A stretch of DNA of 63,936 bases, counting the filler, from Saprolegnia diclina VS20 (Eukaryota), in NCBI RefSeq assembly GCF_000281045.1. It is 6 parts of 2 records of this genome, joined end to end, with 100 filler letters (N's around TTAATTAATTAA, not from the genome) between each part and the next. Parts side by side here need not be neighbours in the genome. Positions count along the whole stretch, not along the records: positions 1 to 12,950 come from NW_008246114.1; positions 13,051 to 28,257 come from NW_008246114.1; 4 more parts are not named here. One strand, 5' to 3'. Within the stretch, counting starts at the first letter, position 1. Every line of letters begins with the position of its first letter. The position numbers and the translations under genes are program-made. Of the stretch, positions 12,355 to 23,900 are shown one piece after another. The notes under the pieces were generated by a model. That model saw only the letters and a list, made by a program, of their open reading frames with translations. It was not told where the DNA came from and did no database searches.

Positions 12355-12948
12355 TTACGGCGTGCCGGCAGCGCGACCGGCCTTGAGGTTGGCCGCGTAC
12401 CAGAGCAGCTCGGGGAAGAAACCCTTGCTCACGGCCGCCAACGAGTCGGCGCCCGCCGCGCCGGCCGTGACCGAGCCGTCTTCGTTGAGGAGCGCGTGGA
12501 TGGCCGGGAACGGAAGAATCTTGGGGATCGTGATCAAGCCGAGCTCGCCGAGGTACGGACGCAGCTGGATGGCCGCGCGGACGCCGCCGTACGGGCCCAT
12601 CGTGTAGGACGCGATACCGGCGACCTTGTAGTAAAACTCGTTGTGGTAAAAGTAGTTGAGGAGCGACGAGATGACGGGCGAGTACGTGTGGTTGTACTCG
12701 GGCGTCACGACGACAAACGCGTCGCTCTCGGTAAACTTGGCGTGGAGCTCAACAAGCGCCGGCGACCGGTCGGCCTCCGGGATGTAGTCGAAGCGCGTGC
12801 CAAAGAGCGGCACGTCCAGCGCGACGGGGTCGATGAGGTGGACCTTGGCGCCGAGGGCCTCGAGCTGGGCCTGGACGTATGCGCCAGCGCGGACGCCTTG
12901 GCGGCCGGGGCGAACCGAGCCGAGGATGACAGAGACAGTGATGGCCAT
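12355..12948 (-). CDS. NADPH-dependent FMN reductase, paralog 2
   Basis: 197 aa, same motifs as and collinear with the 9317-9910 copy. Confidence 0.92.
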   Translation of the reverse strand: MAITVSVILGSVRPGRQGVRAGAYVQAQLEALGAKVHLIDPVALDVPLFGTRFDYIPEADRSPALVELHAKFTESDAFVVVTPEYNHTYSPVISSLLNYFYHNEFYYKVAGIASYTMGPYGGVRAAIQLRPYLGELGLITIPKILPFPAIHALLNEDGSVTAGAAGADSLAAVSKGFFPELLWYAANLKAGRAAGTP

Positions 12949-12994
12949 GGNNNNNNNNNNNNNNNNNNNNNNNNNNNNNNNNNNNNNNNNNNNN

Positions 12995-13006
12995 TTAATT
13001 AATTAA
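12995..13006. other. Artificial contig-join linker TTAATTAATTAA (also 28302-28313, 41670-41681, 51520-51531, 62809-62820)
   Basis: Identical six-frame-stop 12-mer centred in N runs. Confidence 0.95.
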
Positions 13007-13050
13007 NNNNNNNNNNNNNNNNNNNNNNNNNNNNNNNNNNNNNNNNNNNN

Positions 13051-14940
13051 TTGGCCGTCGGCACCAAAGTCGAAGCCAAGTACAAGGGCAAGACGTTCTA
13101 CCCGGGCAAGATCATGAGAGTCCATATCGACGGCAGCTACGACATCGACTACGACGACGGCGAGATTGAGAAGAAGGTGTCACCCGAACTTGTTCGCGTC
13201 AAGGGCGGCGACAAGCCCGAGAGTCCCAAGAAAGCCACCTTCCGTGTCGGCGCCAACGTCGAGGCCCGGTACAAGGGTAAATCCAAGTACTACCCGGGCA
13301 CAATCACGCGCTGTCACAGTGACGAGACATTTGACATCGACTACGACGACGGCGAAGCCGAACGACGGGTCGAGAAGGATCTCATGCGTCTCGTCTCGGC
13401 GACCAGTAGCGACAACGAGAAGGAGTCCTCGCTTGCGGTGGGCACGAAGGTGGAAGCCAAGTACAAGGGCAAGACGTTCTACCCCGGCAAGATCACCCGG
13501 TGTCACGCTGACGGCAGCTACGACATCGACTACGACGACGGCGAAAAGGAGAAGCGCGTCGAGAAGGACTTGATTCGCGTCCTTCAAGCCAAGAAAACAA
13601 GCAAAGCGCTCAAGGTCGGCACCAAGGTCGAGGCCAAGTACAAGGGCAAAGCCAAGTTTTATCCTGGCAAGATCACCAAAGTCCACGCCGACGGCAGCTA
13701 CGACATCGACTACGACGACGGCGAACATGAGAAGCGCGTCGAGTCGGACATGATTCGTATTGTGACCGACGCCAGTGACGACGATGGCGACGACGATGCC
13801 AAGCGCCTCGACGTCGGCACCAAAGTTGAGGCCAAGTACAAGGGCAAGACGTATTACCCCGGCACGATCACAAAGGTACACCTAAACGGCAGCTACGACG
13901 TTGATTACGACGACGGCGAGATCGAGAAAAAGGTCGACCGGAGTCTCATTCGCGTCCGGGCGTCGTTTGCCGTCGGCGCCGACATCGACGTCTGCGTTCA
14001 TGGCAAGTATGTCCGCGGTCGCATCAAAAAGATGTACAGCGATGGGAGCTGCGACGTCTCGCTCGCCGACGGCGACAAGGCCAAGCGGGTCGACGCGGCC
14101 AAGGTGCGCCCGCACAAGCGTGACCACCCGAGCAGTGGCAGTGACAGCGGCAGTGACAAACCCAAACCAACGTCCTTTCCTGTCGGCAGTCGTGTCGAGG
14201 CCAAGCCGCCAGGTAAAAAAACATTTGCCCCCGGACGCGTCACCAAGGTCCACGCGTCATCCGGAACACTGGACGTGACGTTCGACGACGGCCGTGTCGA
14301 AGCACGACTGCCGCTCGATCGGATCCGGAAGCGTCACCTGCAAAAAGGTGACGCGGTGCAGATGCAACTCAAAGGCAAGTCAGTGCGTGGCACGATTGCC
14401 AAAGTTCACAGCGACGGCAGCTATGACGTGGCACTCGCATCCGGTGACACGCGACGCAACGTCGATCCGGCAGACGTCGACGCACCGGTTGCATCATCGT
14501 CGTCGTCGTCCGAGGACGAAGCACCGGCGATTGCCAAGGGCACGTCGGTGCTTTTGCGCAACGGTCGCAAAGGCGTTGTGTCCAAGCTGCATGCGTCCGA
14601 TCGGTCTGTCGATGTGACGTTGATCGACGGCTCGGTCGAGACGCGTGTGGCTCGAAAAGACGTCACGGTCGCCCCCGCCGCGCCGCCGTCGTCGGGCGAA
14701 GACGAGCCGGCACCGCCACCGGTGGGCCCGCGTCACCGGTTCAAGTACAAGCGCGGTCAACCGGTCGAGAGCCAGTGGAAGCGCAAGACCAAGCTCTGGA
14801 TGCGTGCAACAATCGTCGCCAAGCAAGTCGACGGCACCTACACGGTACCCTCTTTTTTCAATGGTTTTTTCGAGGGTTCACGTTGCGAATAGATCCGATA
14901 CCAAGACGGTGTGGTCGCCGACAACGCCCCGGAAGCGACA
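13051..14940 (+). repeat. Tandem array of ~10 Tudor/Agenet-like domains (coding)
   Basis: Repeated VGTKVEAKYKGK-(F/Y)YPGKI...DGSYDIDYDDGE. The nucleotide core gacggcagctacgacatcgactacgacgacggcga recurs in copies 1, 3 and 4. Confidence 0.88.
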
Positions 14941-17900
14941 ATGCGTAGCGTGCTCGCGTCGTCGTCGGACGAAGACAAACCGCCGCCCCCCGCGTTGTCA
15001 CCGATGGACGAACGTTTCTATCTCCAGCAGTTGCTTCTCACGGTACATTTTGCGTTTGATGGTAGACGTCGTTGACTCTATAAGTTTTAGCTCTACGAGG
15101 AAGGCGAACTACTTCGAAAAGCTCCGAAATCCAAATCCAAAAGCCGTCGCGCGACGACGGCCGAGGCCAAAGACGAAGCCAAGACCGACACACCGCGCGC
15201 ACCGGCGTCCGAGAATGACAGCTCGGGCAGCGACGACGCCGCCTCCGATCACAAACATACACCGAGAAGAACAACTCAGGATCAAAACAAGCACGGTGGC
15301 GACTCGGACGCGGATGAAAAGACACCACGGACAACGTCCACCGACGACGTTGGCAGCGGCGACGACAGTGACGCGTCCGTGACGCTCGACCCGACCATCG
15401 ACACGGCCACGGGCCCCGTCACGGTACCCTTGATCCCTCGAGTCTCTTCAATAGCATGATGGTCATGCCGATATGATTTGATAGGAGAAGGAGCTTCGGT
15501 GCCTCTTTGGCTCGGCGTACATCACCAAGGTGCGCGCTCGGTTTGATCAGCTCGACAAGCACAGCGCCGGCGTGCTCAGTCTCCGCCAAGCCGAGATGGC
15601 GATCGCCAGTCTTCGGAAACTACACTATCCGGGGCGCGTCGCAGTGCATTTGAATCGGTTTCCGCCGCTCCCCTTTATTGGCTTTGTCATTGCGCTTGCC
15701 TACGTCAGCTACTGCGACGCCAAGGGCGCCTTGGCCACACACATGGAGCTGGAGGCGATTCATGCGACGCGATTTGCGAGTAAGCACGAAACAAAGCGCC
15801 AAGTCCAGCTCTGGCAAACCAAACTCGGCTTTCGCATCTTTGAGCGGCTTACGCACGCGTTTCAAGAACAAGCGGTCGTGACCGCCGGCGTCCCTATGGT
15901 GACGGTGGACGCCGCGACCGCGATCGTCGGCAGCGTCGGCCGTCATCTCGTGCCCAAGAAACCGATCGCGCTCCACTGGGCGCAGCTGCATTTGTTGCCG
16001 CATCATTTGCTCGACTTGTCCGAAACCTGCTGCGTGTTTTACCAGCAATACGGGTCCCTCGACGCGGTCGCAGAGACCCAGCGCATCGACGCGGCCATGG
16101 AGCTGCGTCCCGTGGCCTTTGTCGCAGCCTGCATGTACTCGAACGGCGACGACTGTCATATGGACGAAGTGGTGCGTTCTTGTTTGCAGAGTTGCGAAAT
16201 GTGCAAATTTGGGATTTTTCACGCTATTTTTTGTGATTTTCCCGACATTTGTACATTTTTGTCATTTGAAACTCATGCCTTTGGTGTAGGTGCGTCGCTT
16301 GAGTGTCGGGCGACTACCAGCCCAAGTGGACATGATCCATCGCGTCCATGATGCCTTTGTCGCGCTCTGTGACGAGCGGCAGCAGCTGGCGATTGGCCGC
16401 GTGGAGACGCTCTTGCAAAGTTTGTCGGTGCCGGCCGACGTCGTCGCGTCATCGCTGCTGCTCTGTCGACACCATACGAGCGTGTCCCTTGTCGAGCTCT
16501 TTGCCCTCCTCGGTCATTCTCTTGTTGACAGTTTGGATGCGATTCCGAGCATTGCGAATGCGCTGAGTCGACTACGGCTGCGTGAGAGCCACGCCGATGT
16601 CAAGCAGGTGCTGGGCGTCTGCCGGACACTGCTCCACAATGTCGTCCGGTTCCCCAACAACCGCGACTACTGGCGCATCCGCTGTGACACGCCGGCGTTT
16701 GAGCAAAAACTGGGTACGCGCTTCGATCCTTCCTCGTCGTTTGCACAATATCGATACACATGTAGGTCGGTTCCGGGATTCACCGGCGCTTCTCGAGGCC
16801 ATTCATTTTGTGTTGGTCAACCAAACCCACTACGAACTACGCGGCGCGCGGTCACCGACAGGTGTCCGAGTATCGGCCCTCTTAGCCTCGACGTTGGCGC
16901 TGTTAAAAGAGGCTTTGGATGGAATCGAGCAGGAACTCGTCCAAGTGGAAGGCGGCAGCAGCGTCCGCGATGTCGTCGAAGCGAGCCTCCGCCAGTTTCA
17001 CCACTCAGTGCCCGAAGTCCGCGCGGCTTTGGACCTTGCGCTTGTATATCTTCTCAACATCCTCAAGCACCCGAATGACGCCAAGTACTGGCGCATTCGT
17101 GCCACCAACAAGGTGTTTGCGACCAAAATTGGGTGTCTCCAGAACGCCGTCGCGTTCATGCAAGTGCTTGGCTTTGACTGCATCGAGGCCTCGTCGGTAC
17201 ACATGATGCAATCTAGAGATGGCTATAAGAACGATGTTTTGGTGATTAGGGTTGCATCTATGAGCTGCGCCAGGACGTGGCCAAAACCAAGGACTCGGAC
17301 GTAACACCGCTCGCCCATTTTTCCTTTCCGACATTGTCGGAGCGGGTCGAGAGCTTTTTATGGCGACGCAAGCAAGACATTGAGCTCTTATTGCACGAAG
17401 GAAGTGCGACGGTCGCCAAGCCGCCGTTGCTCGCACCGGCGTCCCCATCGATGTCGCAAGCAGCCGCCACCACCTTGGGTCACCGAGAACATTTCCCGTA
17501 CGGGCTCAATACCCGCACACTCTTTGGCAAGTCGGACGTGCAGCGCATTCAACTCGACATGATCGACGCGGTGTTTCAAGGCTTGGATGGTTCCCACCGC
17601 GGGTATTTGACGCTACTGGACGTGCAGCACTGGATGACGCCATTGCCATTTGTGGTAAATCTTGTCGTGTAACCCAAAATCTCGAAACGTGTTGTCGACT
17701 AGGGTTCCGTGGCCACACCCGAGCAGTTATTTGCCTTCCTCGACTTGGACACCGATGGGCACGTGACCAAAGATGAGTTTGTCGCGTCGTTTGGGCCTCT
17801 GATTGACCATCCGTACACCCTCTTTCCCTTGTATGCGTGCGATACCATCTTGGACAAGTTGTCTGAAATGAAATTAGACGTATCGAGCGAGGGCTTTCCG

Positions 17901-20900
17901 TGTGTGAGTCGGTCTCGGCCAGCGTCGGCGTCGTGCGCATGACATTAGGCATGGCGTCGGCCCGGTGTCTTCTTGTCGATATTTTGCGCGCTGTCGACGC
18001 TGTTATAGCAGCTCCAAGCGACGTTCGGCAACACCGGACCGTCTTGCCGCCCACCGCGCCGCTTCGGAGCTTTAGCGATGCGTGCAAGGACCTTCTACGC
18101 ACTCTTGGCTTTGAGCTTGTGACGGTCACAACCCCCAGCGACGCACGGACGCCGACACCGGCCACGCACCCCGAAACCGCTTCCGACCACGCAAAATCGG
18201 TCCAGGATGCAACAGCGACGGCCGCCGCCGAATCCAAAACCATACACTACCTTGTCCTCTCGTGCACCAAAGGCGGTCGCCAGCCCGCGACGCCGCCCGC
18301 CGTGGGCCGACTGCAAACGATGCGCGCCGTGCTCTTTGGCCATCTTTGGGGTATCCATCTATCGAGTTGATACATGGTTGACAAAACCGTTGCGGCGTAG
18401 GAATGGCGCACCCGTCGGTGAGCGACGTCGGCGGCACGACGCGCGGTTTTTTGCACCATCTCCTCAAGCACGCTGCGCACGCGCTACCCGCTTGGATCGG
18501 CGTCGCCAAAGCGCTTCGGGAGCTGCTGACGAACATGGTCGCAAACGCCCACGACCCGTCGTTCCGTCGTATTACCGTCTCGTCCCCGAGCTTTATGCGC
18601 ACCGTCGGGAACGTTCCCGGTGGTCCCGAATGGTTTGCTGCGATGGGCTACCACGAGTCGGCGCGCGGGGCGCTCGAATATGTCGTCGACGGGGCTTCGT
18701 CGGCCGGATGGGTCGCCGATGTCCGAGGCCGACTGTTGGAAGTTGACGTCATGATTGCGTACCTGGAGCACGCGGCCGACACTTCCGTGGCGTCCGCCGA
18801 GCCTGCCACGACGGCGGCCGACGACGCGGTCGCTCGGATCAAAGACCCGGCGGCCAAGAAGCTCGTGCAGTCGTACCAGAAACAGGCACAGTTTGCCCAA
18901 GTCCAGAAGGACCGCGTGCAGCAGCAAAATGCGCAGCTCCTCGCCCAAGTTCAAAAACTCTCCAAGCCAAATGGTCGCCTTTCCAAAGCGACGCCGCCGA
19001 TTGTCAAGACGTCGGCACCGGTGCGCACATCGGCGTCGGCACCGACAGTGGCTCCTCGACCGCGAACCACAGCCACGGACGTCCGACGCCCACTCAGTCA
19101 GGCACGCAAACGTCCGACGACTGCGTCCCCCGCCGACCCCTTCGTACCGTAATCGACTGCATGTGCAATGTGTTTTTGACGAGGTTTTTGGCGTAGACCG
19201 TGGACGTAGCGCACGCCACGATGGCCGGCGATGCGACGATCGTGCTTCGTAACGTGCGACCGACATTGGTCACCGATCGTTTCAAGCTACAGTTGGGCAT
19301 TGGGCTTTCAACGGTAGAAGACCGGCCTGTGGTGTCGATGGCACCGCCGTCAACGACTAACGAGATCGTTGTTCGTGTCGCTTCCGGGTTTCGGTACGCG
19401 CATACACCGACCGAGTCGGCGCGCCTTGTCTGCCTGCCACCATCCTCCGCCCAACGATCCTGGGACCTTTGGGTACACTCTGTGCATTGGGCTACTGCCG
19501 CGCTCATGGCGGGTTAGGGCTACCTACAAACAGCGGTTTGGGATGCGATTCTAACCCGCGTTGTCGCGTCGGGCGTCCCCGACGCTTCGTCATCTGTCGT
19601 GGTGACAACAGCGGACGTTGTGCCAGCGCCAGCAACGACATCGGTGTATGGCACCGTGTCAATGGGCCATACCACACTGCCTCAAGGCGCGTTGTCGGCC
19701 GTGCGGCCAGGACGTGTTGTCTTCTGGGACACCGGGGCACATGCACTACAGGAGCATGTAGACACGGTAGATGTCACGCAGTTATGGTGCTGGTTCCGGC
19801 ATACACCGGCGTTGTACACGTCCGACGGGCGCGCCGCCCGGGGCGCCATCTCGGCTGCCATCTACGACACTTCGTGGTTGCCACCGCTGCTGGAGCACTG
19901 GGAAGCCAATGGCGCTGCCGACGTAAACTGGTCCGATCTTCTGGATGCGGTATCACCGTCGCTACCGCCGACGTATCGAGAGCAAGCGCTATTGTTGCCG
20001 ACCGACCGCATCTCGGCGTCGGTGGCGCGCTTGATGGACGTGTGCTCGTCACCGACCAGTATGGTCGAGATCGACGCCAGTTTGCCACTCGAGCCGCACC
20101 AGCGAAAGCGACTGCGCGCCTTTGCAACGACACCGACACTGACATCGACGGCACCGATGCATGCACAGTGGTGGTGCGAGCTCGAGTACTACATTCGCAC
20201 CAAGCGACCATTTGCACCGGCGACACCCCGGTTGTTTCCACTGGCCGCCAACATGGACGCCGTCGCCGTACGCCATTGGGTATAGACAATGTGTCTCATT
20301 TGGTGCGTAGCATGAGCACGTGAGTACGACACGGACCGTCATTGATATGGTGGCGACACCGACACACGTTTACTTGTTGACCGACCACGGCGGCGTTCAA
20401 GAATGGTCGTTGACCGGAGTAGGCCGTCACCGATGTACCGTATCGACATCCTAGTGCGCGTTCTGGATAGAGCCATGGATCAACTGCCACGGTTGCATCT
20501 CCGACATCAGGTAAACCAAACGAGGCGCTCGCCACATTGGCCAAGCACCGTCACGGACGGTTGGCATCGACGCCGTTGCTGCTACTCGGCGCCGGGGACC
20601 GGCTACTCGGTGTCAACACGTCGCTCGGACTTGGCGGCGCTCAGTTCTTTACCACGCAGCCGCTCGCGCGGTCGCAGACAGTAACGCTGCCGATGTTGAC
20701 GTCGTCGAGCGGTGTTGCAACGACACTGTTGTTGACCAGCGACGGCGCGACGCTCCTCGTTGTTGTGAGTACGCTGCCGCACAAGACCTTTGTCGTGTCA
20801 ATGGCCTCGAACGCAGTCGTCGGTGTCGTCGACCACGTTCACTTCTCCAAAAGCCAACCGATGCACCACGCCGTGGTCTCGGAGTCGACCGTGTCGAGTT

Positions 20901-23900
20901 GCATCTCGGGCCAAGGCGGGCGCGTTCAACTCTGGGACGTCGACAAACTGGTAGTTAGCAGATGTTGGACTGTGTCGGGCGTCGGTCGCATGTCGGCGCT
21001 GGCCGTGGTCGGGCCGCATTACGTGGTCGCCGCCTACGAGACGCCGGCGTGCGCGGTTCTTTGGGACCAGCGCCATCCATCGAGTTTGCCGATGCATCTC
21101 TGGTCGCTGCCGTCGCCGGTGTCGGCGCTGCTTCCAGTAGCCCTTGGCGCATCACCGACGTCGGTGATATCGTGCTCTGTGGTGTGTGATCCCGATACGC
21201 TGGCCGACGCCGCGACGTTTCCAGGTGTTATCAAGGCCGTGCTCTACATCTTTGAGACACACGTCGTTCCAGTCGTCGTCAACGACACGATTCTGACGTC
21301 GAGCTACATCACGCTCCACCGACGTCTCGCCCTACCTCCCGAGGTGTGGTTTGGTCAGCGTCATATTCGTCGCATTGGCTACGTGACGCTGCTGACGTCA
21401 GCACTTACACTGACAGACGTTCTCGATGGGTACGGCCTCAAGCGCGTGCTCCTCGAGACGCAACAGACGATCGACCGGTTCTTGGAGGCTCACAACTTGC
21501 AAGTGCGGCTCGCCATGTTCTACTCGGTGCGGGATGGCCCAACGACCAAGTGCCGACCCGTCGAAGCGGACGTATCTGTGCCAGCACCGCTACACGCCGT
21601 CGCGCTTCGCTTGGCCAACGACAAGCTCCAGTGGGTGTATCCGTATCGGGCAACTGTTGTGGCCACGCCGGTGGCCGTGCCGGCGATGGCGGAAGCGTAC
21701 GTTGCCCTGCAACTTCACCGGGTTCGACGTATTTCGTCGGCGGTACCCATCCCAGAGACTGACTTGGTGTCGGTCGCAGCGCACGAGGTTGGACACATTT
21801 GGCTGCCCACTTTGTACCTGCAATTGTCGCCGATCGACGTCTGCGTCCGGACCATCCAAGACAGTCTGTCGCAGGCGCTGTGGCACCCGTCGCGGTTTGA
21901 CGAGGGACCATTTTTGTCCATCTTGCGCTGGGCGTCGGCCTGGTGGCCGTTCATGTTACCAGACAGCAGTAGTCGAGTGCCCACGACGCAGTTGCACCGC
22001 GCACTGGCATCGATGCGCCCGCCAATGTGCTTTATGTTTTGGCAGTCGCATCTTTTGGAAGCTCTCGAGACGTGGACAGAGCCGATGACGTCGCTGGATG
22101 ACGTCGCCATGCTGCTCCGCCAGATCCATGCGCGTCATTGGATGCTACCGGAGGTCTACCGCCTCTTTTCGCAGTGGCACGTTGTCTACCCCCGCAGCGC
22201 GCTACCCAGCTTTGAAAGCTTTGCCGCTTTTGTCAAGAACCAGCTGCACCCGGCGGTGACCGAGTGCACACCGACGATCGTTGCCCAGTGGCTGTTGCAG
22301 CAACGACAGTATGTACACACTTTGCCGTACACCCGCCTTATGCCGGACGATCAAAAGCACAGTTCGTCGATTCTGCATGTACAGTGACGCCTCGGATTCA
22401 TCTCGATAAGGTGCTGACCCCTCGCGTAGACGTACCAAACGTGGCTGCGTCACAGAACAGTGCACCGGCAACTACAGAACGACGGCCAAGCGCTTCGACG
22501 ACGTGTGCACGAAAGCATTGCGCTACTGGACGATGCACCGACGACCTGTCTCGCTGCACCGGCGACACGACCCGCCAAGCTGCACGCCCTGGTCGACTGC
22601 CATATTCTGTGTCCGCTGCCGCGCTTGCAGAGCCGAGACCGCTGGGCGTACGCTGGCTCTGGGTACGAACCGCAGACAAAGCTCAAGCGATCCGTCACGA
22701 TCCTCGCCATGCGTTGCACCGTTCGCTCATCCGTGAATGCTCTTCTTCTAATGATCAAGTGGATAGGAATTGGTGAAGGCAGAGCGACGACTCCTGCTCC
22801 AGCTTGTGGTAAGTATCGGATGTATCGCTCTCAGATCTTAGGCAACGTTTTTGTAGCAACGACCCGAGCACGCGACAGCGTTTCTACCACTATTGCCGCA
22901 TGCCGTCATGGATGCTGCGAATGACGACGAGCATGACGAAGGCGCCGTCGGCAGGGCACCGACACCGGTCGCTCACTGGGTGTGTGCACCGATGGAGTCG
23001 TGGGTACCGCTAGCTGACGTCCTTCGAGTGTACCCGCTCGGTACATCGACCAAGTTGCACAGCTTTCTTCGTCCCTGGGTCCAGCAGCTTCTCGGTACCG
23101 ACGTCATTTGCTCGTCGCAGACTCATACTGGCCGTAGACGCAAGCCACCTTGTAGCCTTTCACCACGAAGTTGCACTTGTGCGCTGGGACGTGCAGGCGC
23201 TGCTCGTGTCACCAAACGGCCACCAGCTCAAATTCTGGCAACTGCACCTTGGTAGTAGTGATACCCCGGTGCACTACGGAGCCGTCCTTAGTGTATTTTT
23301 GCAGCAACTGCAAACACCGACGTCACCATCGGTCGCCTGCGCCGATTTCATTCAGTCGATCCAGGCTCTAGCCAAGAGCTGCAGCAATGACGCGACGGCA
23401 TCGTTGTCGACGCTGGCAGCGGTCGTCGCCAGAGTATTGCCCGACGCCGACGCATCGGTGCCGTTGGCGACCGACCACGTGCAGTGGTCTCTTCGCTTTG
23501 AGCTCGACATTCTACGGCCACTCTCTCGGACAGCTGCCGACGTCGGTGTCGGTTCTGTGAGCTCTCTGCTACGGACGATGGACGGCGCAACAACCGCGCT
23601 TGCTACGGTGCTACGGAATTGGCAGCCGACGTCCGGTTGGCAAGTCCAGTGCGCATTTGAATGGATGGTCGAGAAGCACGGGTTGCAGAACCTCGTCGAT
23701 GCAACCATTGGCCTCTACCATCGGCTTCGAACCACCGACCACGACACGCAGCGGGCTATCGCCACCGTGCAGAGCACACTGACCGTCTTGGAGTCATGGC
23801 TAGCTAACCCGCCGTTGATCGAGCACCCATCCAGCCTCACGCTGGTGGTCCACCTCGTGCAAGCGCTTTTGGCCGTCGCGACGGGCGACACAACCCGGTG

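Noticed and set aside
12951..13050. TTAATTAATTAA palindrome repeated five times in the window
   Set aside because: It is always centred in N runs, so it is an artificial scaffold linker. Gene neighbourhoods across these joins are not interpreted.
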